64,000 nucleotides of DNA from an uncultured Cryomorphaceae bacterium (GTDB lineage Bacteria; Bacteroidota; Bacteroidia; Flavobacteriales; UBA7430), in assembly GCA_902551855.1 (NCBI GenBank), contig CACDER010000002.1, forward strand, positions 2,916 to 66,915, read 5' to 3'. The notes below the pieces were generated by a model. The model ran no database searches, was not told the DNA's origin, and worked only from the letters and a program-made list of their open reading frames with translations. Below, one piece after another: positions 47,412-59,627 of the stretch (position 1 is the stretch's first letter; the number at the start of each line of letters is the position of its first letter). Position numbers and translations under genes: made by a program.

Positions 47412-48634
47412 AATTCAATAAATTTTCTATTTTATTTCTAATAATTACTCTAAATTATTCTTTTTCTTTTTCACAAATACATTCAATTGAAAAGATTCAT
47501 AGTTTGTCTAAATCTGACCTAAAGAAAATTTGGAAAAAAAATAATATACCCTCTCTTATATGTCCTATCAACAATCCTTTAGAAGTATATAAAATTAAAT
47601 ATTATACAAGTTGGATTGACAATTCTAAAATTATTGCCTCAGGATTATATTATAAACCTAAAACAAATTACCCTGTTTCTACAGTAATTTATCACCATGG
47701 AACTAAAATTATAAAAAAGTCTTCTAATGAGATTAATGGTGAAAATATAGCGTCTTTAATTTTTGGAGTAGATGGCTACGCAGTTATATCTCCCGATTAT
47801 ATTGGACTTGGTGAAGGTGAAAAAACACATTTATATTGTAACAAAGAATCTGAAGCAAGAGCTTGTATTGATTTTTTGAATGTTACAGATGAGATAAATA
47901 ATTTAATCAATTTGAAAATAAATGACGATATATTTATAACAGGTTATTCTCAAGGAGGTCATGCTGCAATGTCGACACATATGATTTTAGAAAGAGATTA
48001 TATTGATAAATATAACATCAAAGGGTCATCACCCATGTCAGGCCCATATGATTTAGCTGGTATTCAAAGTGAAATTGCTTATAAAGATTATTCTAGGCCA
48101 TTTTATTTACCTTATCTTCTTCTTGGATTTAATATTGAATATAAAATATGGACAACTGAAGACTTTTTTGGAATATTCAAAGAGGAGTATCAAGCTAATG
48201 TTAGAAAGTTATTTGATAATTCTAATAATATCAATAAAATCAATAATCTTCTCCCAAAAATTCCTATACTAATGTTAAAAGATTCTTTTGTTAATGAATT
48301 TAAATCTAATGAGAATTTTCCCCTACACAAATATCTTAAGGATAATAGTGTTTATGATTGGAAGCCTATTGCCCCAACTCAGTTATGTTTTTGTGAAAGC
48401 GATGAAAAAGTATTATATGAAAATTCAATTTTAGCATACAATACATTTAAAAAAAATGGTAGCAAATTTTTGAAATTAAAATCAGCTGGCAGAAACTACA
48501 ACCACAACTCCTGCGCAGGGCCTGCATTAGTTTATTCAAAAGTTTTTTTTGATAAAAAAAGATCAAATAAAAAAAAGTTTATTAGTCCAACTTTGCAAAA
48601 GATTTTTTTGCGAGTATATTCTTTACTTAATTAA
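47408..48634 (+). CDS. secreted alpha/beta hydrolase (lipase/esterase-like)
   Basis: Signal peptide and the nucleophile elbow 'GYSQGGHAA' (GxSxG). It has an ATGA overlap with the PPTase stop. Confidence 0.6.
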   Translation: MKFNKFSILFLIITLNYSFSFSQIHSIEKIHSLSKSDLKKIWKKNNIPSLICPINNPLEVYKIKYYTSWIDNSKIIASGLYYKPKTNYPVSTVIYHHGTKIIKKSSNEINGENIASLIFGVDGYAVISPDYIGLGEGEKTHLYCNKESEARACIDFLNVTDEINNLINLKINDDIFITGYSQGGHAAMSTHMILERDYIDKYNIKGSSPMSGPYDLAGIQSEIAYKDYSRPFYLPYLLLGFNIEYKIWTTEDFFGIFKEEYQANVRKLFDNSNNINKINNLLPKIPILMLKDSFVNEFKSNENFPLHKYLKDNSVYDWKPIAPTQLCFCESDEKVLYENSILAYNTFKKNGSKFLKLKSAGRNYNHNSCAGPALVYSKVFFDKKRSNKKKFISPTLQKIFLRVYSLLN

Positions 48635-49548
48635 ATTTTCTTTATTAATTTTAAATCAATCTCTAACTGTTTTTTCAATTCTATCAAATCATTAAATTTT
48701 TTCTCTGATCTTATCCATTTTTTAAATGTTATTTTTATAATTTTATCATATAAATCTCTATCTAAGTCAATTATATGAACTTCTATTTTTTTCATACCCT
48801 TACCAACAGTGGGACTAAATCCAATATTCAACATACCTTTATGTTGTTTTTTATCTATTTCGACGGTAACATAATAAACACCATCTTTTGGAATAAGTTT
48901 ATCATCATTCATTAACTCTAAATTAGCGGTAGGAAAATTTATAGTTCTACCTAACCTATCTCCTTTTCTAACTAGTCCAAGAAAATTATATTCATAATTT
49001 AAATATTTTCCAGCAATTTTAAAATCTCCATTAGATATTGCATCTCTTATTTTAGTTGAACTAACTGAGATATTATCTACCTCTTCAACAGAAATTTTTT
49101 GTACTTTAAAATCAAAAATATTTGAATATTCGAATAAATCATTAAAGGATCCCTCTCTGTTACGACCAAATTGGTGATTATAGCCAATTATTAAAATTTT
49201 TGTTCCAATTTTATTTATTAAAATATCTCTGACAAATTCAACGGAAGAAATTCTTGAAAATTCTTTTGTAAAAGGATGTATTATTAAATTATCAATTCCT
49301 ATATTTTTTAATAAAAAAATTTTCTCTTCATCAGTATTTAGTAGCTTCAGATTATTGTCCTTAAATATTACTTTTCTTGGATGTGGAGAAAAGGTTACAA
49401 CAACTGATTCTCCATTTATCTCTTTTGATTTTTGAATTAATTTTTTGAGAATTTTAACATGACCTACATGAACTCCATCGAATGTTCCAATAGTTACAAC
49501 AGCTTTTTTTATTTTTACAAAATCTTTTATATTCTCAAATACCTTCAA
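48631..49548 (-). CDS. ribF: bifunctional riboflavin kinase / FAD synthetase
   Basis: 'IGTFDGVHVGH' nucleotidyltransferase motif. The C-terminal riboflavin-kinase domain carries 'FPTANL' and 'MLNIGFSPT'. The start is TTG. Confidence 0.9.
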   Translation of the reverse strand: MKVFENIKDFVKIKKAVVTIGTFDGVHVGHVKILKKLIQKSKEINGESVVVTFSPHPRKVIFKDNNLKLLNTDEEKIFLLKNIGIDNLIIHPFTKEFSRISSVEFVRDILINKIGTKILIIGYNHQFGRNREGSFNDLFEYSNIFDFKVQKISVEEVDNISVSSTKIRDAISNGDFKIAGKYLNYEYNFLGLVRKGDRLGRTINFPTANLELMNDDKLIPKDGVYYVTVEIDKKQHKGMLNIGFSPTVGKGMKKIEVHIIDLDRDLYDKIIKITFKKWIRSEKKFNDLIELKKQLEIDLKLIKKI

Positions 49549-49665
49549 TCTCCAAAAGTTTAAATATTAATTAAAAAAATTATAATTTAATACAAAATAA
49601 AAAAATAAAATTGCGAAATTTGAATTTATTTTAAATAAATTTAAATTTTGAATTTAATAATATAA

Positions 49666-51183
<1,518 letters not shown>

Positions 51184-51185
51184 AT

Positions 51186-51422
51186 ATGTTTTTAGAAATA
51201 TTAAGTCCAGAAAAATCAATATTTAGTGGTGAAATTCTTTCTGTCAAAGTACCTGGTGAATCCGGAGAATTTGAAATTTTAAAAAATCATGCTCCTATTA
51301 TCTCAAGTTTAAAAGCAGGTTTTGTCTTTATTACCAATACAGATATGAACAAGCAAAAACAAGAAATTAGAGGTGGAGTCATTGAAGCTATATCAAATAA
51401 AATAATTATACTAGTTAGTTAA
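51186..51422 (+). CDS. atpC: F1 ATP synthase subunit epsilon (short form, beta-sandwich only)
   Basis: It lies immediately after atpD. 'LEILSPEKSIFSGEILSVKVPGESGEFEILKNHAPIIS' matches the epsilon N-domain. The protein is only 78 aa. Confidence 0.8.
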   Translation: MFLEILSPEKSIFSGEILSVKVPGESGEFEILKNHAPIISSLKAGFVFITNTDMNKQKQEIRGGVIEAISNKIIILVS

Positions 51423-51439
51423 TATAACTTAATTAAATT

Positions 51440-52543
51440 ATGTCAATTAGCTCAACTCTGGAGGAAAAAATTAAATTAAAATTAGAGGAAAAAGTAAAAC
51501 AAAATTCATTAAGAACTCTTAATTTAAATATAAAAGGCATAGACTTCTCCTCCAATGATTATCTTGGTTTTGCAAAAAAAAAAATTTTTCTCAATGAACA
51601 AATTGGATCTACTGGATCAAGATTAATATCAGGAAACTCAAACTACCATTTAAAATTAGAAAAAAAAATTGCAAAATTTCATAATTCTGAGAGCTGCTTA
51701 ATATTTAATTCTGGATACTTAGCAAACCTAGGTATAATTTCATGTATACTGAATAGAAATGACACAATAATATATGATCAATTTATTCATGCTAGTTCAA
51801 GAGACGGAATTAGATTATCAAATTCGAAGTCATTTTCTTTCAAACACAATGACATTGACTCACTAAATAATAAATTGAAAAAAGCAAAAGGAAATATTAT
51901 AATCCTGGTAGAATCAGTTTATTCAATGAATGGAAGTATTTGTGATCTTGAAAAAATTGTAGAATTATCAAAAAAATTTGATGCAAATATAATATTAGAC
52001 GAAGCACACGCAACTGGAGTTATAGGAGAAAAGGGTAAAGGTTTGGCTGTGAAATTAAATCTTGAATCTGAAATTTTTGCGAGAATTCATACATTTGGGA
52101 AATCCTTAGGTTGTTGTGGTGCAGCAATTCTTGGGTCCAAAAGTTTAATTTCATATTTAATTAATTTTGCTTATTCATTCATATATACTACTTCTCTTCC
52201 TAAAGTTTCAATTAAAATGATAGATAATGCTTACACACTTTTAAAAAACTCCAAAAATGAAATATCAAAATTAAACTCCAATATTGAATTATTTAAAGAA
52301 ACTGCTATGAATTATAATGTAAATTTTATACCAAGCAATACTCCAATTCAGTCTATTATCATTCCTGACATTGATTTACTTAAATTAATCTCGAAAAAAA
52401 TGAATAAATTAGGATTTAAATTATACCCTATACTTCATCCTACTGTTGAGAGAGGAAAAGAGAGAATAAGAATTTGTTTACACAGTTATAATACTCACGA
52501 AGAAATAAAAAGTTTAATCATGGAACTTAAAAAGTTATTATGA
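51440..52543 (+). CDS. bioF: 8-amino-7-oxononanoate synthase
   Basis: 'SSNDYLG', 'DEAHATG' and the PLP-lysine motif 'TFGKSLG'. Confidence 0.85.
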   Translation: MSISSTLEEKIKLKLEEKVKQNSLRTLNLNIKGIDFSSNDYLGFAKKKIFLNEQIGSTGSRLISGNSNYHLKLEKKIAKFHNSESCLIFNSGYLANLGIISCILNRNDTIIYDQFIHASSRDGIRLSNSKSFSFKHNDIDSLNNKLKKAKGNIIILVESVYSMNGSICDLEKIVELSKKFDANIILDEAHATGVIGEKGKGLAVKLNLESEIFARIHTFGKSLGCCGAAILGSKSLISYLINFAYSFIYTTSLPKVSIKMIDNAYTLLKNSKNEISKLNSNIELFKETAMNYNVNFIPSNTPIQSIIIPDIDLLKLISKKMNKLGFKLYPILHPTVERGKERIRICLHSYNTHEEIKSLIMELKKLL

Positions 52544-53148
52544 AAACTTATTTTATTACTGGAATTGGTACTGAAATTGGAAAAACTTTAGTTTCTTCTA
52601 TTTTAGTCGAAAGTTTAAAAGCTGATTATTGGAAACCTATTCAATCTGGAGACCTTGACAATTCTGATTCTTATAAAGTTAAAAAACTTATAACTAATAA
52701 AATTTCTAAAATTCATCCTGAATTTCATAGATTATCTGCACCTATATCTCCTCATGCAGCTGCCAAATTAGATAAAATCAAAATAAACATTTCAAATATA
52801 AATGTACCTATCACTAAAAATCATTTAATTATTGAAGGGGCTGGAGGTATTTTCGTACCATTAAATGATAAAGAAATCATTTTAGACTTAATTCTCAAAA
52901 TTAATTGTGAAGTTATAATTGTTTCTAAAAATTATTTAGGAAGTATTAATCACACTTTATTGACAATAAATGCTTTGAAAGAAAAAAAAATTAAAATTAA
53001 AGGTCTTTATTTTACAGGGGAAAAAAACTTAGAATCTGAAACAATAATTAAAAAGATGGGCAAAATAAAAATTTTAGGAAAGATTCCATACATTGATAAG
53101 ATAAATTCAATAAAAATAAATGAAATTGCAAAAAAAATAAATCTTTAA
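52540..53148 (+). CDS. bioD: dethiobiotin synthase
   Basis: P-loop 'ITGIGTEIGKT' and 'IEGAGG'. It has an ATGA overlap with bioF. Confidence 0.88.
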   Translation: MKTYFITGIGTEIGKTLVSSILVESLKADYWKPIQSGDLDNSDSYKVKKLITNKISKIHPEFHRLSAPISPHAAAKLDKIKINISNINVPITKNHLIIEGAGGIFVPLNDKEIILDLILKINCEVIIVSKNYLGSINHTLLTINALKEKKIKIKGLYFTGEKNLESETIIKKMGKIKILGKIPYIDKINSIKINEIAKKINL

Positions 53149-53153
53149 ACATC

Positions 53154-54416
53154 GTGAATATTAAAAAAAAAGATAAGAATTATATTTGGCATCCATTTAC
53201 CCAAATGAAAAATAGTCCCCCTCCAACATTTATTAAAACAGGTAAAGGAACATTATTATTTGATGAAAATAAAAAATCATACATTGACGCGATTTCCTCT
53301 TGGTGGGTAAATATTCATGGACATACTAATCCATATATTTCAAGTAAAATTATCGAACAAAGTAAAAAACTTGATCAGATTATTTTTGCAAATTTCACTC
53401 ATGAACCTGCAGTATTATTATGTGAAAAATTAACTAAAATTTTACCTGAAAATCAAAAAAAATTTTTTTTCTCTGGTGACGGTTCTTCTGCAATAGAAAT
53501 AGCATTAAAGATGTGTATACAATTTTGGATAAATAAAGGAGAAAAAAAAACAAAATTTATTGCAATTGAAGGTGGCTATCATGGAGAAACATTTGGAGCA
53601 ATGTCAACAGGGGGGAGATCAATTTTTAATCAACCTTACTCTGATTTTCTATTTGAAACAGAATATATACCTCTTCCAAAAAATGAGAATAAAACTATAG
53701 ATAGGTTAAAAAAAATTATATTAAAAAATAAAATTGCTGGATTTATATTTGAACCCTTAATTCAAGGAGCATCTGGAATGAGGTGTTATTCGAATTCAAT
53801 TTTAGATAAAATAATTGAGATTTGCAAAAATAATGATATTATTTGTGTAGCAGACGAGGTTATGACTGGTTTTGGAAGAACTGGGAGTAATTTTGCAGTT
53901 GATCAAATAAATAATACCCCAGATATTATTTGCCTTTCTAAATCGTTGTCAGGAGGTACCATCCCAATTTCATTGACAACTTGTACACAGAAAATATATA
54001 ATACTTTTTTGGATGATAAAATTGAAAAAGCATTTTTACATGGTCACTCTTATACTGCAAATCCTTTAGGATGTGCAGCTTCTATTGCTAGTATCGAATT
54101 GTTACTAAGTAAAAAATGCAAAACAAATATTAAAAAAATTAATAATTGTCACATTGACTTTATAAATAGCATTAATAATTCTAAAAAAATTAAAAATATT
54201 AAATCTGTTGGAACTATTTTAAGATTTCAAATAGATAATATCTCTAAAAATTACTCCAGTAAAAAAAATATTGAAATTCAAAAATTTTTTTTGGATAAAG
54301 GAATTTTACTCAGACCAATAAGAGATGTAATGTATTTAATGCCTCCATATTGCATAACTAAAAAAGAATTATATCAGGTTTATAAAGCATTTGAAGCTTT
54401 TATTGAAATACAATAA
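53154..54416 (+). CDS. bioA: adenosylmethionine-8-amino-7-oxononanoate aminotransferase
   Basis: 'IWHPFTQM', 'DEVMTGFGRTG' and the PLP-lysine motif 'LSKSLSGG'. The start is GTG. Confidence 0.9.
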   Translation: MNIKKKDKNYIWHPFTQMKNSPPPTFIKTGKGTLLFDENKKSYIDAISSWWVNIHGHTNPYISSKIIEQSKKLDQIIFANFTHEPAVLLCEKLTKILPENQKKFFFSGDGSSAIEIALKMCIQFWINKGEKKTKFIAIEGGYHGETFGAMSTGGRSIFNQPYSDFLFETEYIPLPKNENKTIDRLKKIILKNKIAGFIFEPLIQGASGMRCYSNSILDKIIEICKNNDIICVADEVMTGFGRTGSNFAVDQINNTPDIICLSKSLSGGTIPISLTTCTQKIYNTFLDDKIEKAFLHGHSYTANPLGCAASIASIELLLSKKCKTNIKKINNCHIDFINSINNSKKIKNIKSVGTILRFQIDNISKNYSSKKNIEIQKFFLDKGILLRPIRDVMYLMPPYCITKKELYQVYKAFEAFIEIQ

Positions 54417-54422
54417 TCAAAC

Positions 54423-55664
54423 TTACTTAGATCTTATAGCATCTACAGGATTAAGTTTAGAAGCAAAAATTGCAGGAAGTATTCCAGAAATTACACCTAT
54501 TAAAAATGATATTAATACAGCTGATACAATGTTTTTAAATGATAAAATAAAGTTTAAATCAAAATAAATATTAAATACCATGACACAAAGTACAATCATT
54601 GATAACCCAATTAATCCCCCAATTAAGCATAATAAAACAGATTCAAAAAGGAACTGAATTAATATAAAATAATTTTTAGCACCGAGCGATTTTTGAATTC
54701 CAATCAAATTAGTTCTTTCTTTTACAGATACATACATAATGTTGGCTATACCAAATCCACCCACCAAAAGAGAAAATCCTCCTATTATAATGCCAGCAAA
54801 ATTTATTACATAAAAAAGTATATCTAAACCTCTAGAAATTAAACTAATCTCATTTAATGAAAAATTATTCTCTGTTCTTGGAGATAATCTTCTTATTGAT
54901 CTCATAACTCGAATTATATCTATTTTTAACAAATTTTTATTTATATCTTCATTTGACTTAACTAATAATTGTGATGAGTCTTTACTAATTTTAGCAAACT
55001 TTCTAGCAAATTTTAATGGAATTAAAATTTTGTCATCTTCATTTTCACCTACAAAACTCTCCCCAACTTTTTCTAAAACTCCTATAACCGTAGCAGTTTG
55101 TCCCATAAATTTAATTTCTTTTCCAATTGGATTATCTAAATTAAATAATTCTTTATAAATATTGTAACCAATTATAACCACAGAATTTCCAATATCAGAA
55201 TCTTGAGTTGAAAAAAATCTTCCTTTTATAATATCAAACTGGATTATTGATCTATAATCATGAGAAATAGCTTGAACTTTAACTTCCTCGATGTCATTAT
55301 TGAAATATTTAATTTTTTTAGAATTAAAAAATGAAATAAAAGCTACTTTGGCAGATATACTCAATTGATCTTGTAAAAGTTTTAATTCCTGAAATTTCGC
55401 AGAAGGCCTCTGATAGTATTTCCACCATGGATAACCTTCACTGAAAGACCATGGCCATTTGGATATATATATTACATCCTTGCCTAATTTATCAATATTA
55501 CTTCTTATATTATTTTCAAGAGAGTCAATGACTGTAAAAATTGATATAATGGCAAAAATACCAATAGAAATTCCAAAAAGAGACAAGATCGACCTTAATC
55601 TATTTGAAGATAAAGCGTTTAATGCAAACTTTAAAGTCTCAAAAAAAATTTTAAATACTGACAT
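54423..55664 (-). CDS. ABC transporter permease, MacB/FtsX-type
   Basis: N-terminal TM, a MacB-like periplasmic domain and a C-terminal FtsX 3-TM bundle ('VKERTNLIGIQKSLGAK'). Confidence 0.8.
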   Translation of the reverse strand: MSVFKIFFETLKFALNALSSNRLRSILSLFGISIGIFAIISIFTVIDSLENNIRSNIDKLGKDVIYISKWPWSFSEGYPWWKYYQRPSAKFQELKLLQDQLSISAKVAFISFFNSKKIKYFNNDIEEVKVQAISHDYRSIIQFDIIKGRFFSTQDSDIGNSVVIIGYNIYKELFNLDNPIGKEIKFMGQTATVIGVLEKVGESFVGENEDDKILIPLKFARKFAKISKDSSQLLVKSNEDINKNLLKIDIIRVMRSIRRLSPRTENNFSLNEISLISRGLDILFYVINFAGIIIGGFSLLVGGFGIANIMYVSVKERTNLIGIQKSLGAKNYFILIQFLFESVLLCLIGGLIGLSMIVLCVMVFNIYFDLNFILSFKNIVSAVLISFLIGVISGILPAIFASKLNPVDAIRSK

Positions 55665-55765
55665 TAGATATTTTTTTAAATATAATTTTTATTTTTATTT
55701 TTTAAGCAAAAAAAAATAGTTTTTAATTACTCTAATTTTTACATTTACAAGAAAGAAAAATTTGA

Positions 55766-57277
55766 ATGAAAAAAATTAAATCTGCACTAATTTCCGTTTT
55801 TGATAAAAAACTCCTAAAAGAGATTTTACCAAAACTAAAAAAACATAATATTCAAATTTATTCTACAGGGGGAACTCAAAAACATTTAACGGATAATGGA
55901 ATCAAAAGTATTTCTGTTGAAAATATAACATCCTATCCTTCTATACTTAATGGTCGAGTTAAAACTTTACATCCTAAAATTTTTGGAGGTATTCTAGCTC
56001 AAAGAGAATTAATTTCTGACATAAATGAATTAAAAAAATACGATATCCCTGAATTAGATCTTGTAATTGTTGATTTATATCCTTTTGAACAAGCATTAAA
56101 AAATAATGAGTCTGAAAGTAATATAATTGAGAATATTGATATTGGAGGAATATCTTTAATAAGAGCTGCTGCTAAAAACTTCAAACATACTGTTGTTATC
56201 TCATCTTATAAAAACCTAAATAAATTAAATTCGATTTTTGACAATCAAAATGGATTCTCAAGTATAGAAGATAGAAAAATTCTAGCTAAAGAGGCCTTTA
56301 AAATTTCATACACTTATGATAATCTGATATTTAATTATTTTTCAAATGATTTAGATAAAATTCATAAAGAAAATAGTGAAATTAAAAAACTCAGATATGG
56401 AGAAAATCCCCATCAAGATGCTATTTTTTACGGATCTCTGGATAAAACAATTAAGCAATTATCAGGGAAAAAACTTTCATACAATAATCTTTTAGATATT
56501 GATTCAGCTATCAATTTAATTAAAGAATTCAAAGATCCTACTTTTGCTATAATTAAACATAATAATGTTTGTGGATTATCTAGTAGAAAAAAATTAAAAA
56601 ATGCTTGGAAAGATGCATTACAAGCAGACCCGATTTCAGCATTTGGAGGTATTTTAATTACAAATACTGAATTAGATATTGATACTGCTAATGAAATTGA
56701 TAAACTTTTTTTTGAGGTAATAATTGCTCCATCATATAATCAAAAAGCCCTTAATATAATTAGTTCAAAAAAAAATAGAATAATTCTGATAAATAAACTC
56801 TTCCCTAATCAGAACAGAATTAGAAGAACAATTCTTAACGGAATTGTTGAACAAAGTTTTGATAGTAAAACTGACGAAGAATCTGACTTAAAAAATGTAA
56901 CAATAAAAAAAATAACTAATGAACAAAAAACTGATTTACTATTTGCATCTAAAATTTGTAAACACAGTAAATCCAATGCTATAGTTATAGTTAAAAACAA
57001 ACAACTAATCTCTAGTGGGGTTGGACAATCATCTAGAGTTGATGCCTTAAGACATGCAATTTACAAAGCTAAGAGTTTTAACTTTAACCTTAAAGAAACA
57101 GTAATGGCTTCAGATGCCTTTTTCCCATTTCCAGACTGTGTGGAAATTGGATCAAATGTTGGAATCTCTGCTATTATTCAACCTGGTGGATCAATAAATG
57201 ATAAACTATCCATAGAATCATGCGATAAACATGAAATTGCAATGGTTTTTACCGGATTCAGGCACTTTAAACATTAA
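55766..57277 (+). CDS. purH: bifunctional AICAR transformylase / IMP cyclohydrolase
   Basis: MGS-like N-domain ('ALISVFDK', 'STGGT') plus 'LRYGENPHQ' and 'IKHNNVCG'. Confidence 0.95.
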   Translation: MKKIKSALISVFDKKLLKEILPKLKKHNIQIYSTGGTQKHLTDNGIKSISVENITSYPSILNGRVKTLHPKIFGGILAQRELISDINELKKYDIPELDLVIVDLYPFEQALKNNESESNIIENIDIGGISLIRAAAKNFKHTVVISSYKNLNKLNSIFDNQNGFSSIEDRKILAKEAFKISYTYDNLIFNYFSNDLDKIHKENSEIKKLRYGENPHQDAIFYGSLDKTIKQLSGKKLSYNNLLDIDSAINLIKEFKDPTFAIIKHNNVCGLSSRKKLKNAWKDALQADPISAFGGILITNTELDIDTANEIDKLFFEVIIAPSYNQKALNIISSKKNRIILINKLFPNQNRIRRTILNGIVEQSFDSKTDEESDLKNVTIKKITNEQKTDLLFASKICKHSKSNAIVIVKNKQLISSGVGQSSRVDALRHAIYKAKSFNFNLKETVMASDAFFPFPDCVEIGSNVGISAIIQPGGSINDKLSIESCDKHEIAMVFTGFRHFKH

Positions 57278-57294
57278 TTTTAATTTTTTAAAAG

Positions 57295-58320
57295 ATGGGA
57301 ATTTTAAATTTTATGACTCAAGATATTGCAATTGACTTAGGTACTGCAAATACTTTAATAATTCATAATGACAAAGTAGTTGTTGATCAACCTTCCATAG
57401 TTGCTGTCGATAGAAAAACTGAAAAAGTGATTGCTGTTGGAAAAAGAGCTCAACAAATGCATGGAAAATCTCATGAAGGCATTAAAACCATAAGACCTCT
57501 TAAAGACGGAGTAATTGCTGATTTTGGTGCTTCAGAACAAATGATTAGAGAATTAGTTAAGACTATCCCTGAATTAAGATATAAATTTTTTTCACCGTCT
57601 TTAAGAATGGTCATTTGTATCCCATCTGGGATTACACAAGTTGAAGAGCGGGCTGTTAAAGATTCAGCTGAACAAATTGGTGCAAAAGAAGTTTATTTAA
57701 TTCATGAACCAATGGCTGCGGCAATTGGAATCGGTATTGATGTTCTTGAACCGAAGGGTAATATGATTATTGATATTGGAGGAGGTACAACAGAAATTGC
57801 AGTTTTAGCTCTTGGAGGAATTGTTTGTGATAAATCCATAAAAGTTGCTGGAGATGTTTTTACTAGTGATATTGTATACTATATGAGGACTCAACACAAC
57901 CTATATGTTGGAGAAAGGACTGCAGAAAATATAAAAATTCATGTAGGTTCAGCAACTGAAGAATTAGAAAATCCGCCAGAAAGTTATCCAGTTCAGGGTA
58001 GAGATTTAATGACAGGTAAACCGAAACAAATTACAGTTTCAAGTGATGAAATTGCAAAAGCATTAAATAAATCTATCATTCAAGTTGAGGATGCAGTTAT
58101 GCAAGCACTTGCATTAACACCCCCTGAATTAGCTGCAGATATCTACAATACTGGAATATACTTAGCTGGTGGAGGATCAATGTTAAGAGGATTAGATACT
58201 AGAATTTCGAATAAAACTGAATTACCTGTATATGTTGCAGAGGACCCCCTAAGAGCTGTTGTAAGAGGAACTGGTATTGCATTAAAAAATATTGAATCAT
58301 TTAGCTTTTTAATGAAGTAA
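57295..58320 (+). CDS. mreB: rod shape-determining protein MreB
   Basis: Actin-fold motifs 'IAIDLGTANTLI', 'DIGGGTTEIAV' and 'LAGGGSMLRGL'. Confidence 0.95.
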   Translation: MGILNFMTQDIAIDLGTANTLIIHNDKVVVDQPSIVAVDRKTEKVIAVGKRAQQMHGKSHEGIKTIRPLKDGVIADFGASEQMIRELVKTIPELRYKFFSPSLRMVICIPSGITQVEERAVKDSAEQIGAKEVYLIHEPMAAAIGIGIDVLEPKGNMIIDIGGGTTEIAVLALGGIVCDKSIKVAGDVFTSDIVYYMRTQHNLYVGERTAENIKIHVGSATEELENPPESYPVQGRDLMTGKPKQITVSSDEIAKALNKSIIQVEDAVMQALALTPPELAADIYNTGIYLAGGGSMLRGLDTRISNKTELPVYVAEDPLRAVVRGTGIALKNIESFSFLMK

Positions 58321-58327
58321 AAATTCT

Positions 58328-59128
58328 ATGCGAAACATATTTATTTTTATTTTAAGATATCATGTTTTAATTACTTTCATTATATTTGAGATACTGACAT
58401 TTAGTATGTTAATTCATTCAAATTTTTATAATTCATCAAGATTTTTATCAAGCTCAAATTTTTTCATTGGTAAGTCAGTTAACTATTTTAATAATTTTCA
58501 ACAATATTTTTTTTTAAAAGATATTAATGAAATATTAATTGAAGAAAATTCATCATTAAAAAATAAACTAAACCTAAAACTTAAAAAAAATAATTTGAAT
58601 CAAAAAACTGAATACATCGAAGCTAATGTAATTAAAAACTCTACAAGTCTTAAAAGAAACTACATAACAATTAATAAAGGTTCAATTCATGGCATTGAAC
58701 CTGGTATGGGAGTTTGTAATCATAAGGGTGTTGTAGGAATAATAAGAGATATAAGTTCAAATTTTTCAACAATAATTAGCATTTTGAATACCAAATCATT
58801 AATTAGTACACGAATAAATAATACAAATCACTTTGGTGAACTAGTTTGGAATGGTATTTCAAGAGAGTTTGCTCAACTTAATTCTATTGAAAAATATGTT
58901 GATATTGCAATAGGTGACAGTCTATTTACAAATAGCTATTCCAATATATTTCCTGAAGATATTTTAATAGGAACAATAAATAGATTTAGTATTTCAAATG
59001 AAGACAATTTTTATGATATAGAAGTTAATCTATGTGTTGATTTTAGTAATATTTATAATGTTTATGTAATAAAAAATAATTTAAAAAATGAAAGAGAAAA
59101 ACTAGAGTCAGGTACATATGAAAAATAG
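58328..59128 (+). CDS. mreC: rod shape-determining protein MreC
   Basis: N-terminal TM, a coiled coil and a beta-rich domain ('GVVGIIRDIS'). It sits between mreB and mreD. Confidence 0.8.
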   Translation: MRNIFIFILRYHVLITFIIFEILTFSMLIHSNFYNSSRFLSSSNFFIGKSVNYFNNFQQYFFLKDINEILIEENSSLKNKLNLKLKKNNLNQKTEYIEANVIKNSTSLKRNYITINKGSIHGIEPGMGVCNHKGVVGIIRDISSNFSTIISILNTKSLISTRINNTNHFGELVWNGISREFAQLNSIEKYVDIAIGDSLFTNSYSNIFPEDILIGTINRFSISNEDNFYDIEVNLCVDFSNIYNVYVIKNNLKNEREKLESGTYEK

Positions 59129-59627
59129 TTTAGAACATATTTTACGTTTTATATCTTTAGTTTTGATTCAGATATTTGTCTTAAACTCCATCCAAATATC
59201 AGGATACCTTTATCCAAATATATATATACTTTTTATAATGTTATTACCTGCAAAATTTCCCAAATTTCTGGTTTTATGTTTGGGACTTTTATTAGGAATT
59301 ATTATTGATGCTTTTACAGATTCATATGGAACTCATTCATCTGCAACTGTCCTTATTTCATATCTAAGACCTAAAATTTTATCATTAGTTTCAATTAAAG
59401 GTGGAGAAGATCTAGAAAATATAAGTATGAAACATTTAAAATATGAGAGATTTTTTACATACTCTGGGATAATATGTTTTATTCATCATTTTACTTTATT
59501 TTATTTGGAAGCATTTAGGGTAAGTGAATTATTTGAGTCACTCTGGAGAGCGCTGATGAGTTCTATTTTGACATTAATTTTAATTTTTATATTGGAATTA
59601 AGCAGATCTAAATATATTAAAATATGA
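59118..59627 (+). CDS. mreD: rod shape-determining protein MreD
   Basis: 169 aa with about 5 TM segments. It overlaps mreC by 11 nt and mrdA by 4 nt. Confidence 0.65.
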   Translation: MKNSLEHILRFISLVLIQIFVLNSIQISGYLYPNIYILFIMLLPAKFPKFLVLCLGLLLGIIIDAFTDSYGTHSSATVLISYLRPKILSLVSIKGGEDLENISMKHLKYERFFTYSGIICFIHHFTLFYLEAFRVSELFESLWRALMSSILTLILIFILELSRSKYIKI

